A stretch of 64,000 nucleotides of DNA from Camelus ferus (taxonomy: Eukaryota), in assembly GCF_009834535.1 (NCBI RefSeq), contig NC_045696.1, positions 70,000,001-70,064,000 on the forward strand, written 5' to 3'. Of this stretch, positions 26,550 through 38,525 are shown in pieces. Under the pieces are notes generated by a model. That model was given only the letters and a program-made list of their open reading frames with translations. It made no database searches and was not told the DNA's origin. The first letter of the stretch is position 1. Each line of letters begins with the position of its first letter. The translations under genes and the position numbers were made by a program.

Positions 26550-28095
26550 CTATTTTTAAAATGCAGTTTTAAGTGTAAAAGAACAGCAACAAAAACAAAA
26601 AACCACAAAAAAACCTGTCAACAGTCTGCATTAGAAAAGAAAATCTGTGAGCACTTTTACACTGTAGGACTAAGCATTCTCATTTTGTTCAAATTCTATT
26701 ACTATCCAGCACAAACTTTGTTAAGTTAAAGGAAAAGCAACAGTGCTTAGTCTGTCTTTGACCTCAGGTAGGTAGTAACAATCCATAGGAAAGCTTTACT
26801 AGTTTTGCTTGCTGAGAACAAGAGGCATGAAGAACTCAATGATTATAAACTCTTTGTAATCTAATTAAATTGAGTAAATTTTTCAAATTGTTTCTTCTTC
26901 CCAAGAAAACAGAAGTATTTTTAAATGAAAATCTGCCGTACGTTACTACATTTCACTGGAAGCTTCCAATACTTGTGGGATGGTTACTACACTTCAAAAA
27001 GCGTTAACATAATTTTTATCAGCCACATTTTCTGCTGGAGCTACTACAGGGGTTTGGAGTCCCTGAGGACTCTAAAATGCAAAGAGATCCAAAAATCAAA
27101 ATTTTTTCTTAAGCCAGCAGCAGAAAAACCTAAACTGATCTGAATTCATTTGTTTATAAAACCTGACTTGAATCAATGTTCAATCCTGTTGGGTTTTATA
27201 AAAAATCATATTCAATAAACAATGAAAAATTCAAAATTCCTGAACACATCTCCAAGGGTGTCAGATTAGAGACTGTGGACGTCTTTATAGAAGAAATCTG
27301 CACTAGGAATATCTGAGCTTCTCTGATTAGGCTACACATACTCACAGAAATATAGCGCTGGTACTTCTGGTACTTCAGGAAGAAGATAAATCTACCATCA
27401 CCTCTATGTGTCATTTTTCCAAACCCACAACTTCTCTAAAAGCTCTTTTTCCCCCTTCCTCTCAAACTTTACAAGCCTACCTGTGTGTGTGTGGCAGAGA
27501 TCATAATCATTTTCAGGACTCTGGCTTCTTCCTATTTTTTTCCCCACCAGAGTATTTTGTACAGTATACACAACAATTACAATTCAACTCTGTGGTCCAA
27601 GGATGATACGGAGGTTCCTAATTCACAAAACCATGCAAAATGGGAACCTAAGGTTACTCCCAATTCAGATGATGTCCTTCAAAGGCAGGGTTTTACCATT
27701 TTGTTATCTTATTGTTATTTGTTTTGTTATTTTGTTATTAAAGATTTAATATTGTTACTTTTGTTGTTGTTATTAAAGGCTTTATTGTTACTCCTGGTAA
27801 TTCAGCATAGTGCCTGGCATAGAGTAAGCTCTCAGATAATGTTTTGGGTTTTTTTTCTTTTTAATGAATAAAGCTTGATCTAAGTCACATTAAAGACACT
27901 GATAAAACAAATAGGAAGCATAACAGTAAATTGAAGGCAATTCTAAAAGAGAGCTATTTGCTTTCAGAATGGGAGAGAGAACAAGTATGTGTTTTTATCT
28001 GAAGCCAAATCAGTGTTTTCCCTTAATATTCCGAAAACTCAGAGAAAAGAGGCAAAAGGAGGTTGGGGAAGCAGAAATATTTTTGACCACCTCAC

Positions 28096-28162
28096 CCAGT
28101 TTCAGCATGTTGTTCCAGGATCCGGAACTTGTCAGTTCACAAGATGAAGAGTTCGATAATAC
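28096..28162 (-). CDS. SENP2: SENP2 exon 4 (VLSNSSSCELTSSGSWNNMLKL), 67 nt
   Basis: TTTTAAG acceptor, G|GTGAGG donor; frame continuous. Confidence 0.95.
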
Positions 28163-28375
28163 CTTAAAATAAAAAAAGAATCACCTCTGTAATACCTAAA
28201 TTTTAGAATTTAAGTAAGTTTTAATATGAAATAAAAAATCACTCTGATGATTTAGTCACCTGACAGAAGAAACTTCATCAATAAGATGATTTGTGAAGAC
28301 TCAAAAAATGATATAAAATATTAACAATTTCAAAATATGTTCCTCACACATACTTAAGTAAGAAAAGCAAATGTA

Positions 28376-28600
28376 CAGTTGACTCTTGAACAAAAGGGGT
28401 CTGAACTGCAGGAATCCACTTTAATGTGTATTTTTTTTCAATAGCAAATGCTTCAGTACTACATGATTACCAGTTGGTTTGAATCCATGGATATGGAAGC
28501 CTGGGTGGTAGAACTGTGGATCCAGAAGGCCAACTATATGAATTTTCAACTGCGTGGAGGGTTGGTGCCTAAAACCCAAGTGTTGTTCAAAGGTCAACTG
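28376..28600. mobile_element. Tigger2-derived MITE (MER8-like), 225 bp
   Basis: TIRs CAGTTGACTCTTGAACAA / TTGTTCAAAGGTCAACTG with TA on both sides. Confidence 0.85.
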
Positions 28601-28819
28601 TATTAGTAATTAGGCTCTTCATAAATATTTTTTTAAGTGTGTAATGTCTTAACTTTTCCATTTTTGGTCTTTATATCAAGGCTAATAAAGACATGAACAT
28701 TTCTGGAAAGAAGTCATTCTACACATTAATTCCTAAAAAGAGAATATTTCTAAAATTTAACTATAATGATTAAGTACAAAGACCAGTAGCCCCAGTGAAG
28801 CCCCCCTATCCCCACTGAC

Positions 28820-28953
28820 CTCTCCTGAAGGGGCCACATTCCGTGTTCCATTACAAGCAGAAGTTACCATGGGCTTTGTGGTCAGCTGGAATGGGAATCC
28901 AAATAAGCTGGCAGCATTGTAGAGACTGTTTTTCACTTGGTGAATAAAGCAAT
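28820..28953 (-). CDS. SENP2: SENP2 exon 3 (DCFIHQVKNSLYNAASLFGFPFQLTTKPMVTSACNGTRNVAPSGE), 134 nt
   Basis: TTTCTAG acceptor, GAG|GTCAGT donor; frame continuous. Confidence 0.96.
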
Positions 28954-30916
28954 CTAGAAAGTATAATATAGATTACATATACATATAAATATGGAATAAT
29001 TAAGCTTTTAGCAAAATAATATTACTATCTTAGAAAAGGCCTCTCTCAATTTTTTTTAGCAGTCATATTGAGACAAAAAGGTACTAGTACAAATAATTTT
29101 TCTCCTCCCTGAATAAGTGCAATTCCAACACTGTGATTTTTAGTTTATTTTGTTTTGTTTTAGTAAAATATTTGGGAGGCTACAAAAGCATGAAACCATC
29201 ACTTTAGCAAATCACATTCTGATTCACACACACACAAAAAAAGGCCTGAAATGACTGCTTTTAAGCAATGAGTTTTCCAGAATACAGAAATTAAATCTTT
29301 ACCAGAGAAATAAGGATATAACTTAGACAAGCTGGAGCATACAGTCACTAGGTATGGCAGATACTACAGGAAGCACTACCATTTACTCTCTGGTTTGTCC
29401 TTACTTCCCAGGCAGGTAACAATATGGCTGTCCTAAACAACTGCTTACTAAGAGCCTATTACATCTTAGCTACATCCAGGGTGGAAATTAGTGAAGTATA
29501 AGATGTGGAGCTCTTAAACATCTATGAAGAAACAAAGCTATCTTTTTACTGAAGATGTCTTGGAAGATATGAGACTCACCCCTCCCTGACACCAAAAATA
29601 AAGATTGCAAAATAACTAAGTAAATAAATAAGGGGGAGGGGTAGATTTCAGTGCTTTCCCCACTTCCTCCTTTTATTATACTACCTCTTTCTCACTTCCT
29701 ACACTGCTGATTTGTTTTCAAAGATTTCCTTTTATTTCCTAATCAAGAGTATTTTAAAGCACTAGTTTGAGAAAAGGGACCATCATCTTAGCCACATTCT
29801 GCTTTACAGAAAAACAGCCTGAAAGTGAAATGGTGGCTTTTAAGCAACAAGCACTCCAGAACATGTAAGATATAAAGTGCTTTCCAGAAAGACAGGGGAA
29901 TAACTTAAACTACAGGGAAGATGTGATAGTTGCGTAAAGCAGAATCCAGTTTGAAGTAATTTGTCACTAGTCAATAGTTAAAAGTAGCAAAATTTGCAAA
30001 TGACTTGTTTCTTATTTTAGGAATTAGAAAGAAGTCCAGGTTACCCCTCTAATAATGCTTAAGAATATCACTTACATTCTACTATGCTGTAAGTGGGAGA
30101 AAAAGAACTTTACAGATTGGTGCTTGATCCAGACTGTCATCCAAACCCCAAGAGGCAGGAGGTACTCTTAATAACATACATAGTGGGTACAAGAAGTATC
30201 GTCATATTTATTTTCCTATAAATTTTGTCAAAATCTGTGAGTATGCCCTAAGATTATGTCAAAAGATCTCACTGACTTAAAAAGGGGGAAGGGGGAGGCA
30301 GGAAGGCCCACTTCATCTGTAAAATGAGGATAAGACTACCTTATTTTCCTGAGACTAGTCTAAGTAGATCTCTTAAACTCCCTTTTATCTGTAAAGTCCT
30401 AAATTTGCAATTCTAAGCTCCTCCTTCTTTTCACCCTTTCTTTTTTTTCCCTCAAAATCGACCAACAGACTCGTACTGTCTCATATAGTAGCCAGTATCT
30501 ATCTGTAATTATCTAATTAAATTTAATTAAAATTAAATTCAGTCCCTCGGTTGCATAGTCCCACTTCAGGTGTTCAGTAGCCATTAACGCAGAGTTCTAC
30601 TGGCCAGCACTGCAAAAGACTTTCATGAACTCTGACCATAAGTATTAGCTCTGCTAACCACTGCTTCCCCCTTGGCTTAGGTTCCCTTCTTGTTTCCATT
30701 CAGAAAATCTTAATACATATTTCATGGAAATCATGGCGGGAGAGATCCTTAACATAAGAAGCCGATAAAACAGATGATTACCAGAATTATTTCAGGAAAT
30801 TTCTCCAATACCACTATCAAAGTTTGTTTTTTTTTAATCACACATAGTTTTTTATTTATATCTTTCTATAAAATTAACTCATTTTTTCTGCTAAACAAAT
30901 ATTTATATTGCTATTG

Positions 30917-31047
30917 TTTTTTTTTTTTTTTTTGAAGGGGGGTAATTAGGTTTATATTTTATTTATTTAATGGAGGTACTGGGAATTGAAGCCAGGACCT
31001 GGTGCATGCTGGGCATGCACTCTACCACTCAGCTATACACTTCCCCC
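30917..31047 (-). mobile_element. tRNA-derived SINE (Vic-1-like)
   Basis: poly(T), GGTAATTAGG tail, tRNA head; TSD ATATTGCTA. Confidence 0.85.
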
Positions 31048-31369
31048 TAATATTGCTACTATTAACATAAAGCAACATCATTTGCCTTACAAAGAAATGA
31101 AAACACAACAATATTAAGTTCTAGCTGGGCCTGTTAAAAAAGGGAAGATTAGCCTGTATTTGACAAGTATTAAATAAACATTCACATTAAATCGACATTT
31201 TTCTGCTTAAAATAATCAGAAATTAAAAATAACTCAAGAGGATACAACTTTTTTAGTTTATAATATAATTCAGATGTTACTTAATGCTATGTGTTTTATC
31301 TCCTAAAATCATTTCTTGAATTGGTATCTACCCTGTGCTTTGGGAAATACTGTCCTAATGAATTTAGTA

Positions 31370-31830
31370 TAAATTCCTGGCATTCAGAGTCCTCTATAAT
31401 TTGAACTCTGTCTTGTCAACTTTTCCCCTAAATTCTCTGCACTATTTCCTTAATTGCACAGCTTTTCCATGCGGTTCCCTCTGCCTAGAATGCTTTTCCT
31501 TCCTAATGTTCTCTGTTGAAACCTTATCCATCCTTCAGGACCTTTCTCACATACTAGCTCCTTCACCAAATATTTACTGAGACTCTAAATAAGCTGAAAA
31601 TCGGACAGAATTTTGTTACTCCCTTTCTTATTTCATTTATCATTTCCTCAGACACTGACATTATTTATGTACTTATCTTAAACCCCCCACTATGTAATCA
31701 CATACCCCTACAATTGCAAGGTTCTTAAAAACAGATCCTGTGGTCCTCACTTTTGTTTGTTTCCCATAGAACCTAACACATTGCTTAACAGTAAGACAGG
31801 CTCAATAAACACTCATTGGATTTAAATGAA
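31370..31830 (-). mobile_element. L2 LINE 3' remnant
   Basis: GTTCCCTCTGCCTAGAATGCTTTTCC...GGCTCAATAAACACTCATTGGA; strand assignment tentative. Confidence 0.6.
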
Positions 31831-32049
31831 ATCTTAACACAGACACGTCCACTCTCTACCACAATCTGGAGGTAGATTCAAATTTGCATGCATTTTTGAG
31901 AAAGAGTAAAATATTATTATAGTATACCATTGTGCCTTTAGTCTAGTTTTATTCTCTTCTACCAAGCGATGTATAGCCCTTCAGATACAGGGAAGTAAAC
32001 AATTCAAGGCAACACATTAGATTGGTTCACTCAGACATCTGAACTAGAT

Positions 32050-32320
32050 GACTCAGTATGAAGTAGTTTTTATGTTTTCTCCCCAAATTTAAAAAGCACT
32101 TTTTCTTTACAGGAAGATTAAGAATTTTGAACTGCACTTTCAACATACACGCTTGTTTATCTGGAAAGAAACTGGTAACACTGGTTAACTCTAGAGGAGA
32201 TAACTGAGTAGAAGAGCAACAGGTGAGAGACTTACTTTTCACTTTCTCACTTACTTTTTACCTTTGGAATTTTGTCCACACATATGTTTTTCTGATTTAA
32301 AAACCTAATTTTTAAAATTA
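32050..32320 (+). mobile_element. Ancient L1 (L1ME-like) 3' end adjacent to SENP2 exon 2
   Basis: GAAACTGGTAACACTGGTT...GAGACTTACTTTTCAC...ACCTTTGGAATTTTGT; a related copy lies at ~22730-22900. Confidence 0.55.
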
Positions 32321-32331
32321 GTATTTCATAC

Positions 32332-32387
32332 CTAATCTTGGTCTTTTGGCTGGTATTTCATCAGTGTCCACTGTAGAAAACAGAGTG
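32332..32387 (-). CDS. SENP2: SENP2 exon 2 (S-TLFSTVDTDEIPAKRPRL), 56 nt
   Basis: TTTTTTAG acceptor, G|GTATGA donor, phase 2 to 1; second NLS cluster KRPR. Confidence 0.96.
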
Positions 32388-33310
32388 CTAAAAAAAGAGA
32401 AAAGAGAGAAATATATGTGCCTGTATATTCATATACACACATATCCATTTCCATAAGTAAACTTACTATTCATACAACACCCTCCTCCATTAACCTTATC
32501 ATAAAATGAGATCCAACTGATGTTTTAAAAGAGAACACTATTCTACAGTAGGCCTTTAGCATCTGAAGATGTCGCACTATGGTTTCCACTCTATGAGAGA
32601 GACCCAAAACTCCCTATTATATAATAAATAATCTGTAGTCTGGCTCAAGTACAAACATGAAACTGGCCAGAAATCACTTAACTAGTAAATGAACATAAGG
32701 AAAATCGTAGGACTAGTTATTTCCTTTTCTCTCCAGAAATGATTTAAAAACAAAAAAAAAGTTTCCTTTTGAAAGATGACACCCTACCCAAAGAAAGTCA
32801 TTTCCTACCTCAGACAGAGGTAGACAATACAGAGCCTTAAAAGTTAATTCTTAGCCAGAAAAGGTATTATATTTTAACTACATTTTTATCATGGAAACTA
32901 TATTACAGTGGTAACAAAGAATCTGGTAATTCAGGAAAGTTTTTGGACTTATACTTCAAGAATGTTAAAGGCTCATGGCATACTATTAATCACCTTTCTA
33001 TAGATGATTATGAATGATTATGTTTACAAAAAAAATGAACAGAATACATCCCTGGAGAATACCATTCAGTTCATAACTTTAAACATTCCAACAAGATTTT
33101 CTGGCTTCATTTCAACTGAAAAATACCTTACAATGAGAAGAGCTGTTTTAAATTAAGGATGTGTGGTAAGCAACAGGGTTTTGATCTTCAAACCACTGTT
33201 TCCCTGACTTAGCAGAGATTCGCGGTAAAAGTAAAGGACAGGGGAGAGGGAATTAATATTCCATATTCAATAACCTTATGTTTAATTTATTATAGTATTA
33301 TTTAATTATT

Positions 33311-33430
33311 TTATTTTGGTGGGGGGAGGTAACTAGGTTTATTTACTTTCAGAGGAGGTACTGGGGATTGAACCCAGGACCTCATGCATGCTAAGCAAGT
33401 GTTCTACCACTTGAGCTCTACCCTCCCCCC
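33311..33430 (-). mobile_element. tRNA-derived SINE (Vic-1-like)
   Basis: GGGGATTGAACCCAGGACC...CTACCACTTGAGCT; flanking AATTATT repeat. Confidence 0.85.
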
Positions 33431-34006
33431 AATTATTCAATAAATGTGCACCAAGTACCTATCATGCACCAGCCTTTGTACAAGGCCATTGGGCCAGAAT
33501 AAACAAACACCACCTTTATATATGTTAAACATCATTTTAGACACTTTATATCTTGTTCTCAAACGATCCTATGCCAACACTACAGAAAGGTAGAAAGAGT
33601 TTGTTGAAATGTTGCCCTCTCTGGAACACATGATGGAATTTAGCCTATCACCAATTTCATCAATGACCTGCATTCTCACTCATGTAGTAATCATCTTGTT
33701 CTCTCAAGCTCCAAGAAACCACCCTTCAATGATCTTAGAGCTTAATAAAAGTATAATACTTGATCACTAAAAGTTGAGGGGTTATGTATAGAATTGGTAT
33801 GTTATTTTATTCTCTATATTAATTCTTAGGCAAGAAGGCACTATGAAATGGGACAAACCAAGGGGTAAATGCTAAGAATAACTTTTAGTTTCCCCCCAAC
33901 TTTTAACTGAATTTTAGAGTACAGATTAGTGATCTTTTTAAAGGAATAAGGTACCAATTTTTTCTCATACAGTAATTCTAAAAGACAGAATCACTCTCCC
34001 TCAGGC

Positions 34007-34007
<1 letters not shown>

Positions 34008-34040
<33 letters not shown>
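34008..34040. repeat. (CA)~16 microsatellite in SENP2 intron 1
   Basis: Read directly. Confidence 0.95.
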
Positions 34041-34044
<4 letters not shown>

Positions 34045-34349
34045 GACGTCTGTTTCAGAACAAGACAGCTGCTGTCTCTTAGTGTTAACAGAACAGCACT
34101 TGTGGTCAAAACGGCTTTGGGCAAGCTATGAATCTCACGTCCCATAACTGCACCTACTGCCTATAGATGACACTTGGGAGTTTGCTTTGTAAACAGTGAG
34201 CCACAACAAAGACAGTATTCCTTCCATTTTCAGTTTTCAACCTAAGAGCAGCAAAATAAGATAAAGCCCCATTTACTGACAGCAACCAGCTTGGACTCTG
34301 ACAAGAAAGATCCTAACCATACCGACCACTAGCTCTTTCCATCATCAGC

Positions 34350-35085
34350 AGCCGCATCCGCACAGCGTGGAGGAGCGACGTCACCAGGATACCCGCGACC
34401 CGCACCTCTACGGCCTCCGCCCAGCTACCTGTTTCTGCTGAGCGGGGCCTGCCTGGCTTGATCAGCGCTATGCCAGCCCAGCCCGGGGTGGGGGAGGGGA
34501 ACAGCCAGGCCGGCGCTCGGCCCCTCTCCTCCTCTCACCTGTTCGAGCGCCGCCTCTTCAGGAGGGCCCGGGCAGGGGGCACCGGTCGGTCACAGAAACG
34601 GAAAATGGTGCCGAGAATCCTAACCAGCCATTTGTACATACCAGGCCCAAGCAGCAGCGGCGGCCGACACACCCCGAGACGCAAACCCCAGAGCTGTCGC
34701 CGCCGCTGCCGCCTTCGCCGCCTCGGCTACCACCGCCAAGGTTCAGTCGCCGACTTGTGACGCGGTCCTAGGGCCCACAGAAACAACGTCCCCAGGGCTA
34801 CAGGAGGCCCCGGCTGGCCACTGCTCCTGACGTCACCTCCTCCCTCCCGACCGGAAAGCATCTTCACCCTCAATCAGCGCACGCGCAACCTAGGTCCCCA
34901 CCTCCCGAGCCTAGCAACCAGAAAGCCTGCGGGACGGTCCGGGTCCAATCGCTGAGGAGATCGCTAGGGCTGTGGGCGGGGTTTTCTCTCTGGCGGAGCC
35001 ATTCCTGAGGCGGCCCGCGGGACAAGGCCCACAGGCCGCACGTGAGGCTTCTCCAACCGGGAGGGAGCGCTCCCGGGGCCTGAAA
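34350..35085 (-). promoter_or_regulatory. SENP2 CpG island / promoter
   Basis: Dense CpG in an otherwise CpG-depleted window, spanning exon 1. Perfect CRE TGACGTCA 34828-34835, ETS-like CCGGAA ~34851, RFX half-site CCTAGCAACC 34910-34919, CCAAT 34945-34949, GC box GGGCGGGG 34974-34981, E-box CACGTG 35039-35044. Confidence 0.88.
34539..34639 (-). CDS. SENP2: SENP2 coding exon 1 (MYKWLVRILGTIFRFCDRPVPPARALLKRRRSN), 101 nt
   Basis: Manual translation closely matches the SENP2 N-terminus as recalled (amphipathic helix and first NLS cluster KRRR); ATG at 34639; donor AG|GTGAGA; lies in the CpG island. Confidence 0.97.
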
Positions 35086-35432
35086 TACAGCAGGGATCAG
35101 TAGATGTTTGAGTGCACAAAATAAAGATAAGTCAGGTTAATTAACAGATGTTTTCCCTGCTAGGCGCCCATAATTTGCTCATAACTTATGCCTGGTGCTT
35201 TATATGCACTGCCACCTTCATTTCTCCCAGCAACAACAGGCGATGTGAAGCCTGCTGCCCATTTTTAATACATAAGGAAAACGAGGCATAGATTGATTAA
35301 GTAACTGCCTAAGGTCACAAAGCTAGCTAGTGGCACAGCTGAAATTTGAACCTGGGTCTGCGTATCAGCACCAGTCCCTCGCCTAGAGTCTACTGGGAGA
35401 GACATGATTACAAATTACAAGATAATTGGCTG

Positions 35433-35469
35433 TCGTAAGTCAACTATACTTCAATTATACTTTTTAAAA
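35433..35469 (+). mobile_element. 37-bp L1 3'-terminal insertion
   Basis: GTAAGTCAACTATACTTCAAT between perfect 14-bp TSD AAGATAATTGGCTG at 35419-35432 and 35470-35483. Confidence 0.8.
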
Positions 35470-37978
35470 AAGATAATTGGCTGCTGTGATAAAGGTGGGT
35501 ACAAACTGCAGTAGGAGCCAGAGAAAGGAAAACTGTCCACTGGGGAGGGGAAGAGAAAGGGGAGAACTCAAGGAAGGCTTCACTGAAACTTAAGGATCAA
35601 GAGCTACCTGTGGCCTACTAGTACCTAATACTCTCCCCAAGAGTTGGCAGGGAGTGCCGCTAATTAGTCTCCTCTTATCTAGAGGTCACCCTTCCTGTTA
35701 ATTATCAATAACAGAAGAAGCCCCACCCTACATACTAAAAGAAAATCCAGCCTCACCCCCTGCTCCCAACCGCCCCCAGCACTCTTGGGAATCCTCAAAG
35801 GTTTTCATACACCACGAATCCGCCCCTGAATGCATTTGATCCTTACCATGATTCAGTTAAGGTCAGTCTTCCAGATTCGCTTGAACTTCAACACATGCAA
35901 TCCCCAGTACAGCCTCATCCTTGGCTCAATAAGCGTTGTTCGGGGATTCTGCTGCAACCCATCCATTAGTGCCCCAGAATCACCAACCACCCACCTGTGG
36001 CTACCACCACACACCTGGGGGGATGGCATTCCTAGATGTAGAAGCAAATCTTAAGTGTGGACAAGGGCTCCTCCCTCAATTCCCTAAAATACAGCTAACA
36101 TCGGGCTGTTACAGATAGTTTGGGAATAATAGAATTAAAAAGCTGAAGAGATTCAGAGATGGCTATTACAAGTACAGCATCTAGAGCCCATTGCTTCCCA
36201 AAAGGATTCTCAGCCCCTCAAGGTCATCTCTCCACTCTTCTCAACAGTTTCTACAAGTCACCAACAGAAAATAATTTCTCTTTCTCCTTTATCCCAACTC
36301 CCTTCAGGCTGACTCCTAAATTAACATAAAAGAAGACTGCCATTGGCATTATTATGCAGGGTAGTTCAGCTGTGTCCCAACTCTCCATTCCACTATAAAA
36401 GTTAGTCAAGTATTAGTCACTATAAGACCACTCAAGTATTAGGAAAGAGCTCTCCAAAACAAGAGTGGTCTTCATTCAAAACATAAATCAGAAAACTGCA
36501 AGCTGCTTGAGAATAGCAGCTTCTCCCAGGTTCTGGCCACCAAGATATAAGAAACATTGGCATCAAGTCATAGAGCAGCCTACTACAACACCACAATGCA
36601 ATTTTATTTCTTTTCCTATCTCATTAACAGCACCCACACACACCCAATACTGAAATGCTGGTCACCTCCCATAAAAATTGGAATTACAGACCTCTGTCCA
36701 AATCTCTGGACCTTATCAGCAAACAGTAATGATGCCAGCCCCTCCACACACATACACACCCACTTTGTGTCTTCTTAGTGTCTCTAGTCACCCTCTGAAA
36801 GGGAGAAAGGAAGGGGATTCAGCCTTACGGTCGCTTCCGCCTAGGTCTTGTTTGCCAGTTGTTGCCTTCGATGTCTTGTCGTCCACAGTAGAGGCATGAA
36901 CCACTGCCCCTCCACTGGCCAAGGAGTGGGATTATCCTTAACCCCAAATCCACTACTGCTGCAGCCATTCCCAGGATCTCTTCACCAGAGGCCCAGAGGA
37001 GAATCCCAAAATCATATGGAATAACAAGGATATTGAGATTTCTGCCCTTGGTTTGGATAATTTGCATTGTTGTACTGCCGGAGGAGCACAAATTCCTTGC
37101 TTAAGTTTTTGCAGGATATCCTAACCGGTTGCCCCAGTTTTCCAAAAAGACCCTCCTCCTCCTTGTGCAGAGATCCTCTCCTTCAAGCCTCTCCAGGGCC
37201 CCACCCCCATCTTCCTCCTAACCCAACTACCCTGCTCAGAACAATGAAGACCCAGCCCTCTAATCCATTCTTCAGTCTTGCAAATTTTCCCCTTGGCCAG
37301 CATTCTTGGAGTGTTAAAAGATTTCCTCTGAACTTTGCTTTTGCTGACCCCTGTCAGAAGGGAGATCGGGGCCATTTGAAGGAAGAGGGGAGGAGCCCTC
37401 TGAGATGTTGTTGGTTTGGGCCTAATGTGCCTAAAATCGAACATAATTCTCCACCCTGAAGATCAATTTCCTTCTGGAGATAAACCCCTCTGGTACTCAA
37501 GAAAAACATGTCCTCTTGATAACGCGACTTTGATCTTATTCAATCTGTCTAATAATAACTTTGGCCTTATTGTGCCAAAAACAAGTACAGCTTTCTTGTC
37601 CTAGATTTTATTAGAAAATTTGCTCACAGTGACTGAGAATGGCTCAGCTGGCCTCATGTGTAGAGATGATAGCACCAGGCCCTACCGAAGCCTATTTCCT
37701 AATCTGTAAAATAGGGTTCATCAAACCTGCTTCTCAGGTCTGTGGGTGCACTAAATGTATTTGTGTATGTGAAGTCCCTACTTCCATGCCCAGCATAACT
37801 AAGTGCTTAAAGTTTCTGTTCTCTTTCCTTTTTCATATCTAATAAGCCATTTAACTTGCCAGTTCTGCAACCTACATTTTCCACAGATCTGTCCCTTCCC
37901 CTCCTCAATGGTTGTTGGCCTCGATCTCTCGATCTCTAACCCTCCCCCTTCCTTGAGGGAACATGAACTGCGAAGAAG

Positions 37979-38525
37979 TGTTACCCTAGTCTTACAGGAA
38001 ACCACCAGAAGAGAAAAATAGCCCACTAGAACCAGTTAGAACCAGCTAGGCCCAGGATGGTGGAAAACCTGACCTCCAGTAGACCTTCAGCCTCATTATA
38101 CATTCATAGTAATACATTTGCATGCTAAATAACACCCCCACCAGTGCTCCGACAGTTGACAGTTGCCATGGCAACAGCCGGAAGAGCCCATAAAAGGTCT
38201 GAAAAGGAGTGTTATCTCAGTTCCCAGCAAACACCCTTGTGCTTGGATAAGTCATGAATATTCCTTCCTCTCTTTACTCAATTCCCTGCTTTTACTTCGA
38301 CCCTCCTATATAGGTAGTGTCTTAGGCCCAGCTGAGTTGAGAAGTTGGTTTTCAAAATAAGTTCCTGCTTCTCCGTTCTCTAGCCCTTGAATAAAGCTTT
38401 GCTGTTTCAGTCCTCGCATCGGTTTCATTACTGGCGACGCAAGTCTGAACAGAAAAAGAACCATCCCCGCTAAGAACCACCTGGCTAGGGCCCAAGTCGG
38501 GGACCATACGACCAATTTGGTAACA
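37979..38525 (+). mobile_element. ERV1-class solo LTR, 547 bp
   Basis: Inverted termini TGTTACC...GGTAACA, TATATA 38307-38312, AATAAA 38390-38395; no clear TSD. Confidence 0.8.

Noticed and set aside
27485..27871. 128-aa ORF with a poly-Leu stretch
   Set aside because: Derives from low-complexity (TTG/TTA)n intronic sequence antisense to SENP2.
34458..34760. 100-aa Arg-rich plus-strand ORF antisense to SENP2 exon 1
   Set aside because: Stop-poor GC-rich island, non-ATG start, no recognisable homology.
37067..37459. Overlapping 130-aa (+) and 107-aa (-) intergenic ORFs as new protein genes
   Set aside because: No recognisable motifs, and lengths are within chance expectation; kept only as a possible non-coding exon region.
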